From: a virus
Taxonomy: Duplodnaviria; Caudoviricetes
Virus record (IMG/VR): IMGVR_UViG_3300004093_000005
Span: 1-46,953 of that record
Length of the DNA: 46,953 bases
Direction: 5' to 3' (one strand)
Shown here: positions 17,348-26,730 of the stretch, one piece after another
Layout of the letters: each line of letters starts with the position of its first letter
Numbering within the stretch: the first letter of the stretch is position 1
Notes under the pieces: generated by a model
What the model was told of the DNA's origin: nothing
The model's input: the letters and a program-made list of their open reading frames with translations, nothing else
Databases searched by the model: none
Translations under genes and position numbers: made by a program

Positions 17348-17651
17348 AGGGAGGCTAGGGAGGCTGGCGGGTGTGCGGTTCGCCTGCCTCCCTGAGGAAG
17401 TGCGAAGGATTTCAGCAAGTTGGGACGGTAGGGAGGCTAGGGAGGCAATCCGGGCGTGCACGTGTGAAATGAAGGAGCTTCATCAGGTTTGAAAGCGTTT
17501 TTCTTCTCTCACATATCACGACACTTCTGCCTCCCTATCCTCCCTATGAGCGAAGCGAAGGAAAAAAGAGGCAAGGGTGCAAAGGGTTAGGGGATTGGTT
17601 GGCCGGTTTTTTTGCCTCCCTGCGATCCTCCCTTGCGTCCCTTGCCTCCCT
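17348..17651. repeat. Iteron cluster, putative replication origin
   Basis: About 11 copies of AGGGAGGC/GCCTCCCT, mostly paired at 9-bp spacing and converging on an AT-rich core, just downstream of the helicase. Confidence 0.7.
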
Positions 17652-17672
17652 GGCGGCGAAGGAGCGGCGGCG

Positions 17673-18551
17673 ATGACGGCTAAGAGGGTGATGGATATCG
17701 AGGCGGTGCTGCGGTGGACCTATCGGGATGAGCTGCCGAAGGCGGCGCCGGTGCGGGCCGGCCTCTCGCGCGGCATGAGCGCCGGGTGGGACAGCGTCGA
17801 GACCTTCGTCGAGCTGCTGACGGTCATCGACGACAACGGCTTCGGCGTCGTGCCGGACCTCCTCTCCGCCGGCGGGCCGCACGACGACGCCCTCATCGTC
17901 TTCGAGCGGGTGCGGGCGCTCGACGAGCTCGTCATCGACCTGCCCGAGGACTGGAACCCGATGGCGGACCTCGGCGACCTGGGCGACCTTGGGCAGGAGG
18001 CGATCGCCCGCGCCATCGCCAGCGTCACCGTCATCGACGCGCAGAACCGCCGCCGCCTGCGCCGCACGCCGCGCCGTCTCGTCGAGAAGCACGCCATTCT
18101 CGGCGGGTGCCCGGATTGGGAGATGGAGGCGCCGGCCGTCGAGGTGGTGCGCCGGGGCAAGACGGGCCAGCCGGCGTGGTTCATGCGGGACGTGATCTGG
18201 GAAGAGACCGTCGGCGGCGAGCGCGTGCAGCGTATCGTCGAGGTGGACGGCTACAGCTATACGCGCCGCCGGCCGCGCCCCGGCGCCTATCAGAAGACGC
18301 GCCTCGTGCCGGACCCGGTGGCGGGCCTCGTCGAGCGGGCGGAATACGAGGTGTGGCGGGCGGCGCTCGACCTGCTGAGCGAGGAGCTTTCGGGCCTGCT
18401 CGAATCAGTCGACGTGCGGCCGTCGCCGCGCCCGATGCGCCCGTGGGAGGCGGGCGAGGCCGGGCCGCGCATCCTCCAAAGCATGCTGAAACCGTTGCAG
18501 GGCAAGGAGGTGCCGCCACGGCGGCCACGGCGGGCGAGGGAGGGGGCTTGA
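17673..18551 (+). CDS. Hypothetical protein in the late-regulator (Q-like) position
   Basis: MDIEAVLRWTYRDELPK..., GGAG RBS; last early gene before the late promoter/terminator. Confidence 0.7.
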   Translation: MTAKRVMDIEAVLRWTYRDELPKAAPVRAGLSRGMSAGWDSVETFVELLTVIDDNGFGVVPDLLSAGGPHDDALIVFERVRALDELVIDLPEDWNPMADLGDLGDLGQEAIARAIASVTVIDAQNRRRLRRTPRRLVEKHAILGGCPDWEMEAPAVEVVRRGKTGQPAWFMRDVIWEETVGGERVQRIVEVDGYSYTRRRPRPGAYQKTRLVPDPVAGLVERAEYEVWRAALDLLSEELSGLLESVDVRPSPRPMRPWEAGEAGPRILQSMLKPLQGKEVPPRRPRRAREGA

Positions 18552-18607
18552 CGCGCGACCTTTGTTTGGTGAAAGGTCGGGACACACAAAAAGGTTTGAA
18601 ATCAACG

Positions 18608-18639
18608 AAGCCCCGCCGGGTCGCCCGGGCGGGGTTTTT
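18608..18639 (+). terminator. Intrinsic terminator (tR'-like)
   Basis: GCCCCGCCGGG-TCG-CCCGGGCGGGG-TTTTT. Confidence 0.8.
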
Positions 18640-18670
18640 GCGTTGGAGGCTGCCATGTGAGGAGGCAGAC

Positions 18671-18850
18671 ATGTGCGGAGGTTGTGCCGAACGTCGTGCC
18701 GCCCTTGGCCGCTCCGCCGCCGCGCTCGTGCGTGGCGATGGCGCCCGCGCCCTCGACGAGGTGCGCAGCGTCGTGCGCTCGGCCGCGCAGGACGCGTCGT
18801 CGGCCTTCGCGCAGAAGGTGGCGGCGGCACGGGCGAGGCTGCGGCGATGA
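18671..18850 (+). CDS. Small hypothetical protein (N-terminal CxxC)
   Basis: MCGGCAERR...; GAGGAGG RBS; ATGA overlap with the next gene. Confidence 0.65.
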   Translation: MCGGCAERRAALGRSAAALVRGDGARALDEVRSVVRSAAQDASSAFAQKVAAARARLRR

Positions 18851-19440
18851 GCGTCACGGTCCGCGTGACCGACACCTTCGACAAGCTCGAACGCGCCTTC
18901 CGCGATCTCGTGCCTGTCGAGCGCCGGAACGCAGCCTATGCCAGGGCCATCAATAAGGCCGTGGCGCAGGCCCGCACCCAGTGGGTGCGCTTCATCGTGA
19001 AGAGCACGCAACTGCCCTACGGCTACGTGCGCAGCGCGACCGTGGTGTTCAACGCCTCGGCGGCGCGGCCGACCGCGACGCTGATGGTGTCCGGGCGCTA
19101 CCTCACCCTGTTCCGCTACGCGCTGGCGGCAGGCGGCAAGCCGTTCCTGTTGCCGAGCGGCGTTGTGGCAGGGCGCTGGGGCATGCACCGCGGCGCGTTC
19201 ATCGCCAAGATGCCGAACGGTCACATCGGCATCTTCGCGCGGACCTCGAAGAAGCGGCTGCCGCTGAAGCAGCTCTACGGCCCGTCCGTGCCGCGCCCGC
19301 TGCTCGACGAGCGCAAGGTCGGGTTCAACAAGGACGCGGCCAAGGTCATCACGGACAAGGTCGGCGAGGTCATCCTGCCGCTGGCCCTGCACGAGATCGG
19401 CCGCGAGATCGACCGCGTGAAGGCCCGCCACGGGGTCTGA
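18847..19440 (+). CDS. Minor tail protein, lambda gpZ-like
   Basis: ARAINK...GAFIAKMPNGHIGIFAR..KKRLPLKQLYGPSVP. Confidence 0.75.
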   Translation: MSVTVRVTDTFDKLERAFRDLVPVERRNAAYARAINKAVAQARTQWVRFIVKSTQLPYGYVRSATVVFNASAARPTATLMVSGRYLTLFRYALAAGGKPFLLPSGVVAGRWGMHRGAFIAKMPNGHIGIFARTSKKRLPLKQLYGPSVPRPLLDERKVGFNKDAAKVITDKVGEVILPLALHEIGREIDRVKARHGV

Positions 19441-19467
19441 CGCGAAGTTTCACGACGGATGTTTCAC

Positions 19468-19518
19468 GGGTCCTTCCCCCCGGGGAGGGCGCCACGGGGG
19501 CGCGGCCCGCGAGATTTT
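19468..19518 (+). other. Putative lambda-type cos region
   Basis: GGGTCCT (identical to lambda cosQ), then ACG-GGGGCGCGGCC-CGCG, directly upstream of terS. Confidence 0.55.
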
Positions 19519-19551
19519 GCCAGTAAGGCAGGTCAAAAATCAGGGTTGACG

Positions 19552-20160
19552 ATGTTGACGACGCCGACAACTCCGGTTGACGCGCCTCGCGCCGTCATGT
19601 GGACGGTGAAACAGGTTGCTGATCGGGACGGGGTGTCGAGACAGGCCGTCTCGAAGAAGGTCAAGGACCTCGTCGAGCGGCACGGCCTTGCCGTCGAGCG
19701 TGACGGGCAGGGGCGGGTCGTCGCCCTGAACGTGGCCGAATACGACCACCTGCGCGGTCGGTACGGGGATCCGTCGAAGGCGCAGGCGCCGCGGCAGCAG
19801 GAATTGCCGCAGCCGCCGCCGAGCGAGAGCTACGACGAGGCCCTGCGCCAGAAGACCTGGCACGAGGCCGAGCGACGCCGCATCGAGCTCGAGGAGATGA
19901 AGGGCAGGCTCGTGCCCGTCGCCGCCGTCGAGAGCATCGTCGCGGAGAGCGGGGCAGCCATCGCCAGCGTGATCGACCGCCTGCCGACGTCCGCGGACGA
20001 TCTGGCCGCGGCCGTCGCGCGAGACGGCTCTCACGGGCTGCGGGTCGCCCTCAAGAAACTCGCCAACGCCATGCGCGAGGATATCGCCAAGGCGCTCGAC
20101 AAGGTCGCCGTGACCAGGCGCAGCGAAGACGAGACGGAACCCGAACCGGCCGAGCCATGA
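19552..20160 (+). CDS. Terminase small subunit (Nu1-like)
   Basis: N-terminal wHTH (QVADRDGVSRQAVSKKV), coiled coil, GRLVP motif; overlaps terL. Confidence 0.8.
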   Translation: MLTTPTTPVDAPRAVMWTVKQVADRDGVSRQAVSKKVKDLVERHGLAVERDGQGRVVALNVAEYDHLRGRYGDPSKAQAPRQQELPQPPPSESYDEALRQKTWHEAERRRIELEEMKGRLVPVAAVESIVAESGAAIASVIDRLPTSADDLAAAVARDGSHGLRVALKKLANAMREDIAKALDKVAVTRRSEDETEPEPAEP

Positions 20161-22214
20161 CAGGACATCCCGACGCCGCGGTGCTCGTCGCCGGCGGGTT
20201 TTCGCGCGCCATCCGGCCGCAGAAGCCGGTGCCGCTGTCGCGGTGGATGAGCCAGAACCTCGTGCTCGTCGACGGGCCGAATGCCGGCGAGCTGTGGACG
20301 CTGGCGGGCGCGCCCTATCTCGGCGAGATCGCCGACTGCCTCAGCGACGACCACCCGTGCAACCTCGTCACGGTGCGCAAGTCGCAGCAGACCGGCGCGT
20401 CAATCCTGGCGCTCGGCTGGTGCCTCTACATCGCCGACCGCGAGCCGGCGAACACGCTTTATGTCGCTCCTGGCATCGACATGCTGCGCGACCTCAACTC
20501 CGCAAAGCTCGGGCCCCTCATCAAGGCCTGGCACAAGCACATCAAGCGGACCGTCATCGCCGAGCAGACGTCGCGCTCGGGCGCCGGGTCGACGACTTAC
20601 GAGAAGGTGTTTCCCGGCGGCCGTCTGTGGCTCGGCAACGCCAATTCCGTTATGGACCTGTCGTCCAAGACCGCGAAGAAAGGCATCAAGGACGAACTGT
20701 CGAAGTGGCAGGACATCCCCGGCTTCGGCGATCCAGAAACGCTGTTCGAAGGGCGCTTCACGGCGTTCCGCCGGACGAAAAGCTACAAGATCCTCGAAAT
20801 CTCGACGCCGGAGATCGACACCGGCGACGAGCTCGGCGAGGCGATGGGTCATTGCCGCATCGACCGCTCCTTCAAGCGGTCGGACCAGCGGTTCTATTTC
20901 CTGCCGTGCCCGGAGTGCGGATCGTTCTTCACGCACAATCCGGACCGCTTCCAGGTCGACGAGAAGCATCCGCACCGCTCTGCTTACCAGTGCGACCACT
21001 GCGGTCACGGGATCACAGAAACGGAGCGTGTCGCCGCGCTGAAGTCGGGCGATTGCCACTGGCGGCCGACGGCTGAAGGGCCAGATCGGCACCCCGGCTT
21101 CCACATCGACGCCTTCATCTCGCTGATGATGAGCTACGAGGCGATCGCCGAGGACAAGATCAAGGCCGAGAAGCGTGGCGAGCGGGGCCGCAAGGACTAC
21201 TCGAACCTCACGCTGGGCCGGCCTTTCCGGTTCCGCGGCGACGCCCCGGACCATGAAAAGCTGATGGCCCGCCGCGACCCGGAGGTGCGGCGCGGGCGCG
21301 TGCCGGCCGGCGGCCTCCTGCTCGTCGCGGCCGCCGACGTGCAGATGCGCGGCATCTGGCTGGAGGTCATCGCGGTCGGCGCCGACCGACAGACGTGGAC
21401 CGTCGAGGTCGACTTTCTCGACGGCGACACCTCGCAGCCGACGGGCGAGGCCTTCCAGAAGCTCCGGACGGCGACGATCGACCGGACCTTCCAAGATGCG
21501 TGGGACCGGCCTCGCCGCATCGACGCGCTTGCGGTCGACGCCGGCTATCGCTCGCATGTGGTCTATTCCTGGGTGCGGAACAACCAGCGTCTGCACCCGG
21601 ACACGGGCCGCGACCTCATCCTGGCAGTCGATGGCCGGGACGGCTGGGGTCACCCGGCCATCGGCACGCCGCGGCTCGTCGACATCGACCTCGACGGGCA
21701 GAAGGTGAAGCAAGGCGCCAAGCTCTGGCCGGTCGGCACGTGGCCCCTCAAGGGCTCGTTCTATGCCGACCTGCAGTTGCTCGGCGTCATGTCCAACCAG
21801 CCGGCCAATCCGCCGGGCTATTGTCACTTCGGCGCGTGGCTCGACGAGGCCTATTTCAAGCAGCTGACCGACGAGCGGCTCGAGGACGTGATCGTTCGCG
21901 GACGCGTCGCCGGCCGACGCTGGGTCGACACGGGCAACAATCACCTGCTCGACTGCCGAGTCTACAACCTGGCGCTCGCCGAATATCTCGGCCTGTCGTC
22001 ATCGACCCCGGAAGAGTGGGCGGCGCTCGCGCGGCGGCGAGGGTTGCCTGAGGAGCTGTCGCGGGCGGACCTGTTCACGCCGCGGCAGGAGGCTGCGGCC
22101 GATCCGGCCCGAGACAATCCGAACGCCTCACCCGGCCCCGCTGCTGAGGTGACGAAACCCGCCGCTCGGGATGGCGACTGGATCGGGCGCGATCTGAGCA
22201 ACTGGCTGGACTGA
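20157..22214 (+). CDS. Terminase large subunit (lambda gpA family)
   Basis: RKSQQTGAS Walker A variant, KDE, ISTP, PCPECG, AADVQ, AVDAG, NHLLDCRVY. Confidence 0.93.
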   Translation: MTGHPDAAVLVAGGFSRAIRPQKPVPLSRWMSQNLVLVDGPNAGELWTLAGAPYLGEIADCLSDDHPCNLVTVRKSQQTGASILALGWCLYIADREPANTLYVAPGIDMLRDLNSAKLGPLIKAWHKHIKRTVIAEQTSRSGAGSTTYEKVFPGGRLWLGNANSVMDLSSKTAKKGIKDELSKWQDIPGFGDPETLFEGRFTAFRRTKSYKILEISTPEIDTGDELGEAMGHCRIDRSFKRSDQRFYFLPCPECGSFFTHNPDRFQVDEKHPHRSAYQCDHCGHGITETERVAALKSGDCHWRPTAEGPDRHPGFHIDAFISLMMSYEAIAEDKIKAEKRGERGRKDYSNLTLGRPFRFRGDAPDHEKLMARRDPEVRRGRVPAGGLLLVAAADVQMRGIWLEVIAVGADRQTWTVEVDFLDGDTSQPTGEAFQKLRTATIDRTFQDAWDRPRRIDALAVDAGYRSHVVYSWVRNNQRLHPDTGRDLILAVDGRDGWGHPAIGTPRLVDIDLDGQKVKQGAKLWPVGTWPLKGSFYADLQLLGVMSNQPANPPGYCHFGAWLDEAYFKQLTDERLEDVIVRGRVAGRRWVDTGNNHLLDCRVYNLALAEYLGLSSSTPEEWAALARRRGLPEELSRADLFTPRQEAAADPARDNPNASPGPAAEVTKPAARDGDWIGRDLSNWLD

Positions 22215-22216
22215 CC

Positions 22217-22411
22217 ATGTTCACACAGGAAGATGCCGTGACGCTTCGCCGGGCTCTGGCGACCGGGGCGCATAAGGTGCGCTACGCGGACGGCCGCGAA
22301 GTCACCTATCGCTCGCAGGCCGAGATCGAATCCATGCTCGCCAAGGTGGAGGATGAGCTCGCAGGCCGCGACCGCTGCATCGTGTCCTACGCCGAACACT
22401 CGCGCGATTGA
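22217..22411 (+). CDS. Head-tail joining protein (gpW-like)
   Basis: ALATG..KVRY.DGREVTYRS; lies between terL and portal. Confidence 0.8.
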   Translation: MFTQEDAVTLRRALATGAHKVRYADGREVTYRSQAEIESMLAKVEDELAGRDRCIVSYAEHSRD

Positions 22412-22424
22412 CCGGGAGAACGTC

Positions 22425-23906
22425 GTGTCCCGCATTCTCAAGGCTCTCGCCTGGGTGGCGCCCGGGGCCGCTTCCGCGCGCCTGCGGACCTTTGCGGCCA
22501 TCGACGCCTGGCGGTCCTACGACGCGGCCAACCGCGGCCGCCGCGGGGCAAGCTTCAAGCGCGGCGCCGATTCGGCCAATGCGGCCCTGTCGACCGCGCT
22601 GAAGCCGCTCCGCGATCGCTCCCGCGACATGTCGCGGAACACGTGGATCGGGCAGCGCATGCTCGACGTGCTCTGCGCCCATGTCGTCGGCACGGGCATC
22701 GTCGTCAAGTTCAAGGACAAGACGGCGCAACGGCTCTGGAACGAGTGGATCAAGCGTTCGGACGTCGAGGGCGAGATTGACTTCGCCGGGCAGCAGCTCG
22801 CCGCCGTTCGGGCCATGCTCGAAGGCGGCGACAGCCTGGTGCGGTTCGTGCCTCGCCCGCTCGACACGCCGGGTGTGCCACTCCGCCTGCAGGTGCTCGA
22901 GGGCGACTTTATCGACGAGACGCGCGACGGCCTCGTTGACGAGCGGCGAGTGAGACTGGGTGTCGTGCTCGGTGAGTGGGACGCGCGGGAGGGGTTCTAT
23001 ATTTTTCCCCGCCATCCCGGCGAGGCCGCCGTCTCGGTGGGTGGTGCAAGCGGGCTGTCGCCGTCGCGCTTCATTCCGCGGTCGGAGTTCTGCCATCTCT
23101 TCCGCGCCCTGCGGCCCGGGCAGGTCCGCGGTGTGCCGCTGATGGCGCCCATGATGATGACGGCGCGCGACTTCGCGGATCTCATGGACGCGGTCGTCGT
23201 GAAGGCGCGGATGGAAGCCTGCATAGGGCTCCTCATCACAAGCTCCGATGGGCGCACCGGATTGCCCGGCACAGTAGCGCAGGGCGAGGCACCGGAGCCG
23301 ATTGATCGCCTTCGCCCCGGCATGACAATGCGGTTCCGCGATGGGGAGACGGTTCAGGCCTTCGCACCGGCCAGCACAAGCCAGTTCGAACCCATCGCCC
23401 TGTCGGCCCTGCAGGGGATCGCGGCCGGCGGCATGATCACTTACGACCAGCTGACGGGGGATTTGCGGCGGGCGAACTACTCGTCGATGAAGACCGGCCG
23501 GATCGAGCACCGGCGGTTGGTCGAACAGCTGCAGTGGCTGTGCGTCGTGCCGAAGCTGATGGAACCCGTGGTCGAGCGCTTCCTCGAGACGGCGATTATG
23601 GCCGGCAAGCTGCGCCGGCGGGTCGCACCCTACACGCGGGAATACATCATGCCGGCGAACGAGCCGGTCGATCCGCTCAAGGACATGCAGGCCGATATCC
23701 TGGCCGTGCGATCGGGGCGCATGACGCCGCAGGAGTTCATCGCCTCCTGGGGCAACGACCCTGACGAGGTCCTGCAGGCGACTGCCGACTTCTGGAAGGC
23801 CGCGGACGAGATGGGCGTGATCCTCGATACGGATCCGCGCCGCACCACGCAAACCGGCGCAGCGCAGGCGAGCGAGCCCGAGGGGCGGCGCGAGGACGAA
23901 GGCTGA
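22425..23906 (+). CDS. Portal protein (lambda family)
   Basis: YDAA, LRDRSRD..RN, RPGQVRGVP, LTGD...NYSS, VDPLKD. Confidence 0.93.
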   Translation: MSRILKALAWVAPGAASARLRTFAAIDAWRSYDAANRGRRGASFKRGADSANAALSTALKPLRDRSRDMSRNTWIGQRMLDVLCAHVVGTGIVVKFKDKTAQRLWNEWIKRSDVEGEIDFAGQQLAAVRAMLEGGDSLVRFVPRPLDTPGVPLRLQVLEGDFIDETRDGLVDERRVRLGVVLGEWDAREGFYIFPRHPGEAAVSVGGASGLSPSRFIPRSEFCHLFRALRPGQVRGVPLMAPMMMTARDFADLMDAVVVKARMEACIGLLITSSDGRTGLPGTVAQGEAPEPIDRLRPGMTMRFRDGETVQAFAPASTSQFEPIALSALQGIAAGGMITYDQLTGDLRRANYSSMKTGRIEHRRLVEQLQWLCVVPKLMEPVVERFLETAIMAGKLRRRVAPYTREYIMPANEPVDPLKDMQADILAVRSGRMTPQEFIASWGNDPDEVLQATADFWKAADEMGVILDTDPRRTTQTGAAQASEPEGRREDEG

Positions 23907-23911
23907 GCACC

Positions 23912-24544
23912 ATGAAGCACCAAAAGCCGACAGGGGTGGAGAATCGCTCCATCCCCCTTCTTGTGCGCGAGGCCGGTGTCACAAGCATCGACGGAGGCCG
24001 GCGCACTTTCGAGGTCATCTGGACCACCGGTGCACCGGTCCTGCGTCGGGATTTCTGGACGGACGAGCTGTTCGTCGAGGAACTGGTTGTAAGCCCCAAT
24101 GCCATTCGCATGGAGCGCCTGGCGAGCGGCGCGGCGCCGTTCCTCAGCGAGCACTGGCGCGGCATGGGAGTTGTCGAGCGGGCCTGGCTCGACGGCAGTC
24201 AAGGCCGCGCGCTCATCCGATTCCCGAAGGCGGGCATTGATGCCGATGCGGACCGGACCTTCGCGCTGATCGACGACGGCATCCGCAAGAATGTCTCGGT
24301 CGGCTACCGGGTGCATCGCTTCGAGCAGGAGCGGGACGCAGACAACCGCCTGGTGCGGCGGGCGGTCGACTGGGAGCCTTATGAGATCTCCAGCGTGACC
24401 GTTGGCGCCGATCCGAATGCGCGGGTGCGCAGCGAGGATCGCGGCTCCTTCGACTGCACCTTCGAAACGCGTGCCGCGACCATCGGAACCGCGTCGATTG
24501 CCACCCGCATGCGGATGCGGGCGGCCGGCCTCGGCATCGCCTGA
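23912..24544 (+). CDS. Prohead maturation protease (HK97/U35-like)
   Basis: APFLSEH, NVSVGY, WEPYEISSVTVGADPNA. Confidence 0.88.
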   Translation: MKHQKPTGVENRSIPLLVREAGVTSIDGGRRTFEVIWTTGAPVLRRDFWTDELFVEELVVSPNAIRMERLASGAAPFLSEHWRGMGVVERAWLDGSQGRALIRFPKAGIDADADRTFALIDDGIRKNVSVGYRVHRFEQERDADNRLVRRAVDWEPYEISSVTVGADPNARVRSEDRGSFDCTFETRAATIGTASIATRMRMRAAGLGIA

Positions 24545-24632
24545 GACCACCAGTTCGCTACCTGCCCGCCGCCGGGGCGGCAGGGTCCACGGCGCATTGC
24601 CCCCGGATGATCAAACCCTGAGGAGACGGTCA

Positions 24633-26318
24633 ATGAAGACCATCAAACTCGCGGCAGTGCTCATCGCATGCGCCGTGATCACCAGTCTTGCCCTCTCGGC
24701 GTTTTCGCCGGAAGCCTTCGCCGCCATTGTTCCGGTCCAGTCCGGCATCGACGGCCATGCCGCTGTGTCCTGGCTGCAGGACGCGATGGCGCTTGCCAAT
24801 CCGGCGCTTCTTGCCCTTCGCGCGCAGCGCGATGACCTGACTGCGCGGGCGGCTGCCAAGATCGCCGAAGTGAAGGACGACACGCCGACGGACGACGCCC
24901 GGCGCATTGAGGGCGAGCACGGGGAGCTGCTGCGCGAGCTCGAGCGCGTGAATGGCGAGATCGCCACCATGGAGCGGGCTGACGCCGCCCGCTCGCCGAC
25001 GCCTGCGCCTGCTCCGGACCTGGCCGCGGAACGCGCGCGCTCGGCCGAGATCATGGACCTCGGCACGCGCGCAGGCATGGCCCGCGAGGATATCGACGGC
25101 GCAGTGCGGTCCGGGCAGACGGTGGAGGAGTTCCGCCGCAGGGCTTTCGACCATATGGCGGCCCGGGCGTCGTCGAGCGCGACCTCCTCGGTGCGCGTCG
25201 AGCGCGACGAGACCGAGACGCGCCGTGCCGCCCTCTCCGAGGCGCTCTCGTTCCGCATTGGCGGTGTCGCCGCCGTGCGCCGGAACGACGAGGGACGCCT
25301 CGAGGTCGTCCGCGCCCTCTCGGGGCCGGCGCAATCCTTCGCGCGCCATGGGCTTGCGGAGATGGCCGCCGAAGTTCTGGGCGAGCGCTCCATGCCGCGC
25401 TCCTTTGCCGAACGCGAGGAGGTGCTGCGCCGCGCCTTCCACACGACGACGGATTTCCCGATCATCTTCGAGGGGTCCATCAATCGCGTGCTGCAGGCAC
25501 GCTATATCCAGGCGCAGCCGACCTACCGGCGCATCTCGGTGCAGCGCAATTTCGTCGACTTCCGCCCCCACGACGTGGTGCGGGTCGGTGACTTCCCGAT
25601 GCTGCAGCCGGTCGGCGAGGGCGGCAAGATCAAGTTCGGCACCTTCGGCGAGGCGAAGGAGACGGTGGTTGTCGCGCCCTATGCGGTGCAGTTCGCGCTC
25701 ACCCGCCAGATGCTGGTGAACGACCACCTCGGCGCGATCGACCAGGTGCTCGGCTCTTATGGCGACACGGTTGCTCTCTTCGAGGAGCAGACCTTCTACG
25801 CCATGAAGGGTGTGGCGTCCGGCCTCGGCCCGACGCTGAAAGAGGACAACAAGACGGTATTCCACGCCGATCACGGCAACCTCGCCGGGGCGGGTACCGT
25901 CATCGACGTCGCCAATCTCGGAAAGGCCCGGGCGGCGATGCGCAAACAGAAGAACATGAGCGGCGCGCCGATCAACGTCGCCCCGCGGATCCTTCTTGTC
26001 GGTCCGGACAAGGAAACCGAGGCCGAGCAGGTCACCTCGTCGATCCAGCCGCAGCAGGCGGGGAACGTGAACCCCTTCTCGGGTCGCCTCGAGGTGGTGG
26101 CGACGGCGCAGGTCTCCGGCAACGCCTGGGAGCTCTATGCCGAACCGTCGGCGCTGCCTGTCTTCCAATGGGGGCTGCTGGAAGGCTACACGGCGCCGCG
26201 CATGCGCATCGAGAACCCGTTCGGCGTCTCGGGCGTCGGCATCTCGCTGGAGCATGACTTCGGCTGTGGCGCCATCGACTTCCGCGGCGCTTATCGCAAC
26301 CCCGGTGCGGCCGGCTAA
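24633..26318 (+). CDS. Major capsid protein with N-terminal signal-like leader and scaffold region
   Basis: HTTTDFP, VGEGG.IKFG, TRQMLVND, FHADHGNL, DFG.GAIDFRG; GAGGAG RBS at 24633. Confidence 0.9.
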   Translation: MKTIKLAAVLIACAVITSLALSAFSPEAFAAIVPVQSGIDGHAAVSWLQDAMALANPALLALRAQRDDLTARAAAKIAEVKDDTPTDDARRIEGEHGELLRELERVNGEIATMERADAARSPTPAPAPDLAAERARSAEIMDLGTRAGMAREDIDGAVRSGQTVEEFRRRAFDHMAARASSSATSSVRVERDETETRRAALSEALSFRIGGVAAVRRNDEGRLEVVRALSGPAQSFARHGLAEMAAEVLGERSMPRSFAEREEVLRRAFHTTTDFPIIFEGSINRVLQARYIQAQPTYRRISVQRNFVDFRPHDVVRVGDFPMLQPVGEGGKIKFGTFGEAKETVVVAPYAVQFALTRQMLVNDHLGAIDQVLGSYGDTVALFEEQTFYAMKGVASGLGPTLKEDNKTVFHADHGNLAGAGTVIDVANLGKARAAMRKQKNMSGAPINVAPRILLVGPDKETEAEQVTSSIQPQQAGNVNPFSGRLEVVATAQVSGNAWELYAEPSALPVFQWGLLEGYTAPRMRIENPFGVSGVGISLEHDFGCGAIDFRGAYRNPGAAG

Positions 26319-26390
26319 GCCGACCCCTCGCGCATCCGGCCGGCGTCTGCCGGCCGGCCATCCCACCTGCGCAGATCAATCGAGGGCATC

Positions 26391-26726
26391 ATGAAGAACT
26401 ATGTTCAGCACGGGGATACCATTCCCCTGACCGCTCCTGCCGGCGGCGTCGTCGGTGGCAATGGCTACCTCATCGGCTCGCTCTTCGTCGTGGCGCTGTT
26501 TTCGACGGGTGAGGGCAAGTCCTTCGAGGGCCAGACCGAAGGCGTCATTCGCCTGCCGAAGGCGACGGGCTCCGCCTGGACCGAGGGCGCCAAGCTCTAC
26601 TGGAACGACACCAGCAAGTACGTGACGGTCACGGCGACCGACAACACGTTCATCGGCTATGCTGCCGCGGCCGCCGCTTCGGCGGATACCGCCGGCAACG
26701 TGCTGTTGCGGCAGGCGGGCGTCTGA
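26391..26726 (+). CDS. DUF2190 capsid decoration protein
   Basis: MKNYVQ.GDTI.LTAP, GVIRLPK, G.KLYW. Confidence 0.88.
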   Translation: MKNYVQHGDTIPLTAPAGGVVGGNGYLIGSLFVVALFSTGEGKSFEGQTEGVIRLPKATGSAWTEGAKLYWNDTSKYVTVTATDNTFIGYAAAAAASADTAGNVLLRQAGV

Positions 26727-26730
26727 CGCC

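Noticed and set aside
17348-17651. CRISPR-like or ncRNA repeat array
   Set aside because: 8-bp units in both orientations, no spacer periodicity and no cas genes; fits iterons better
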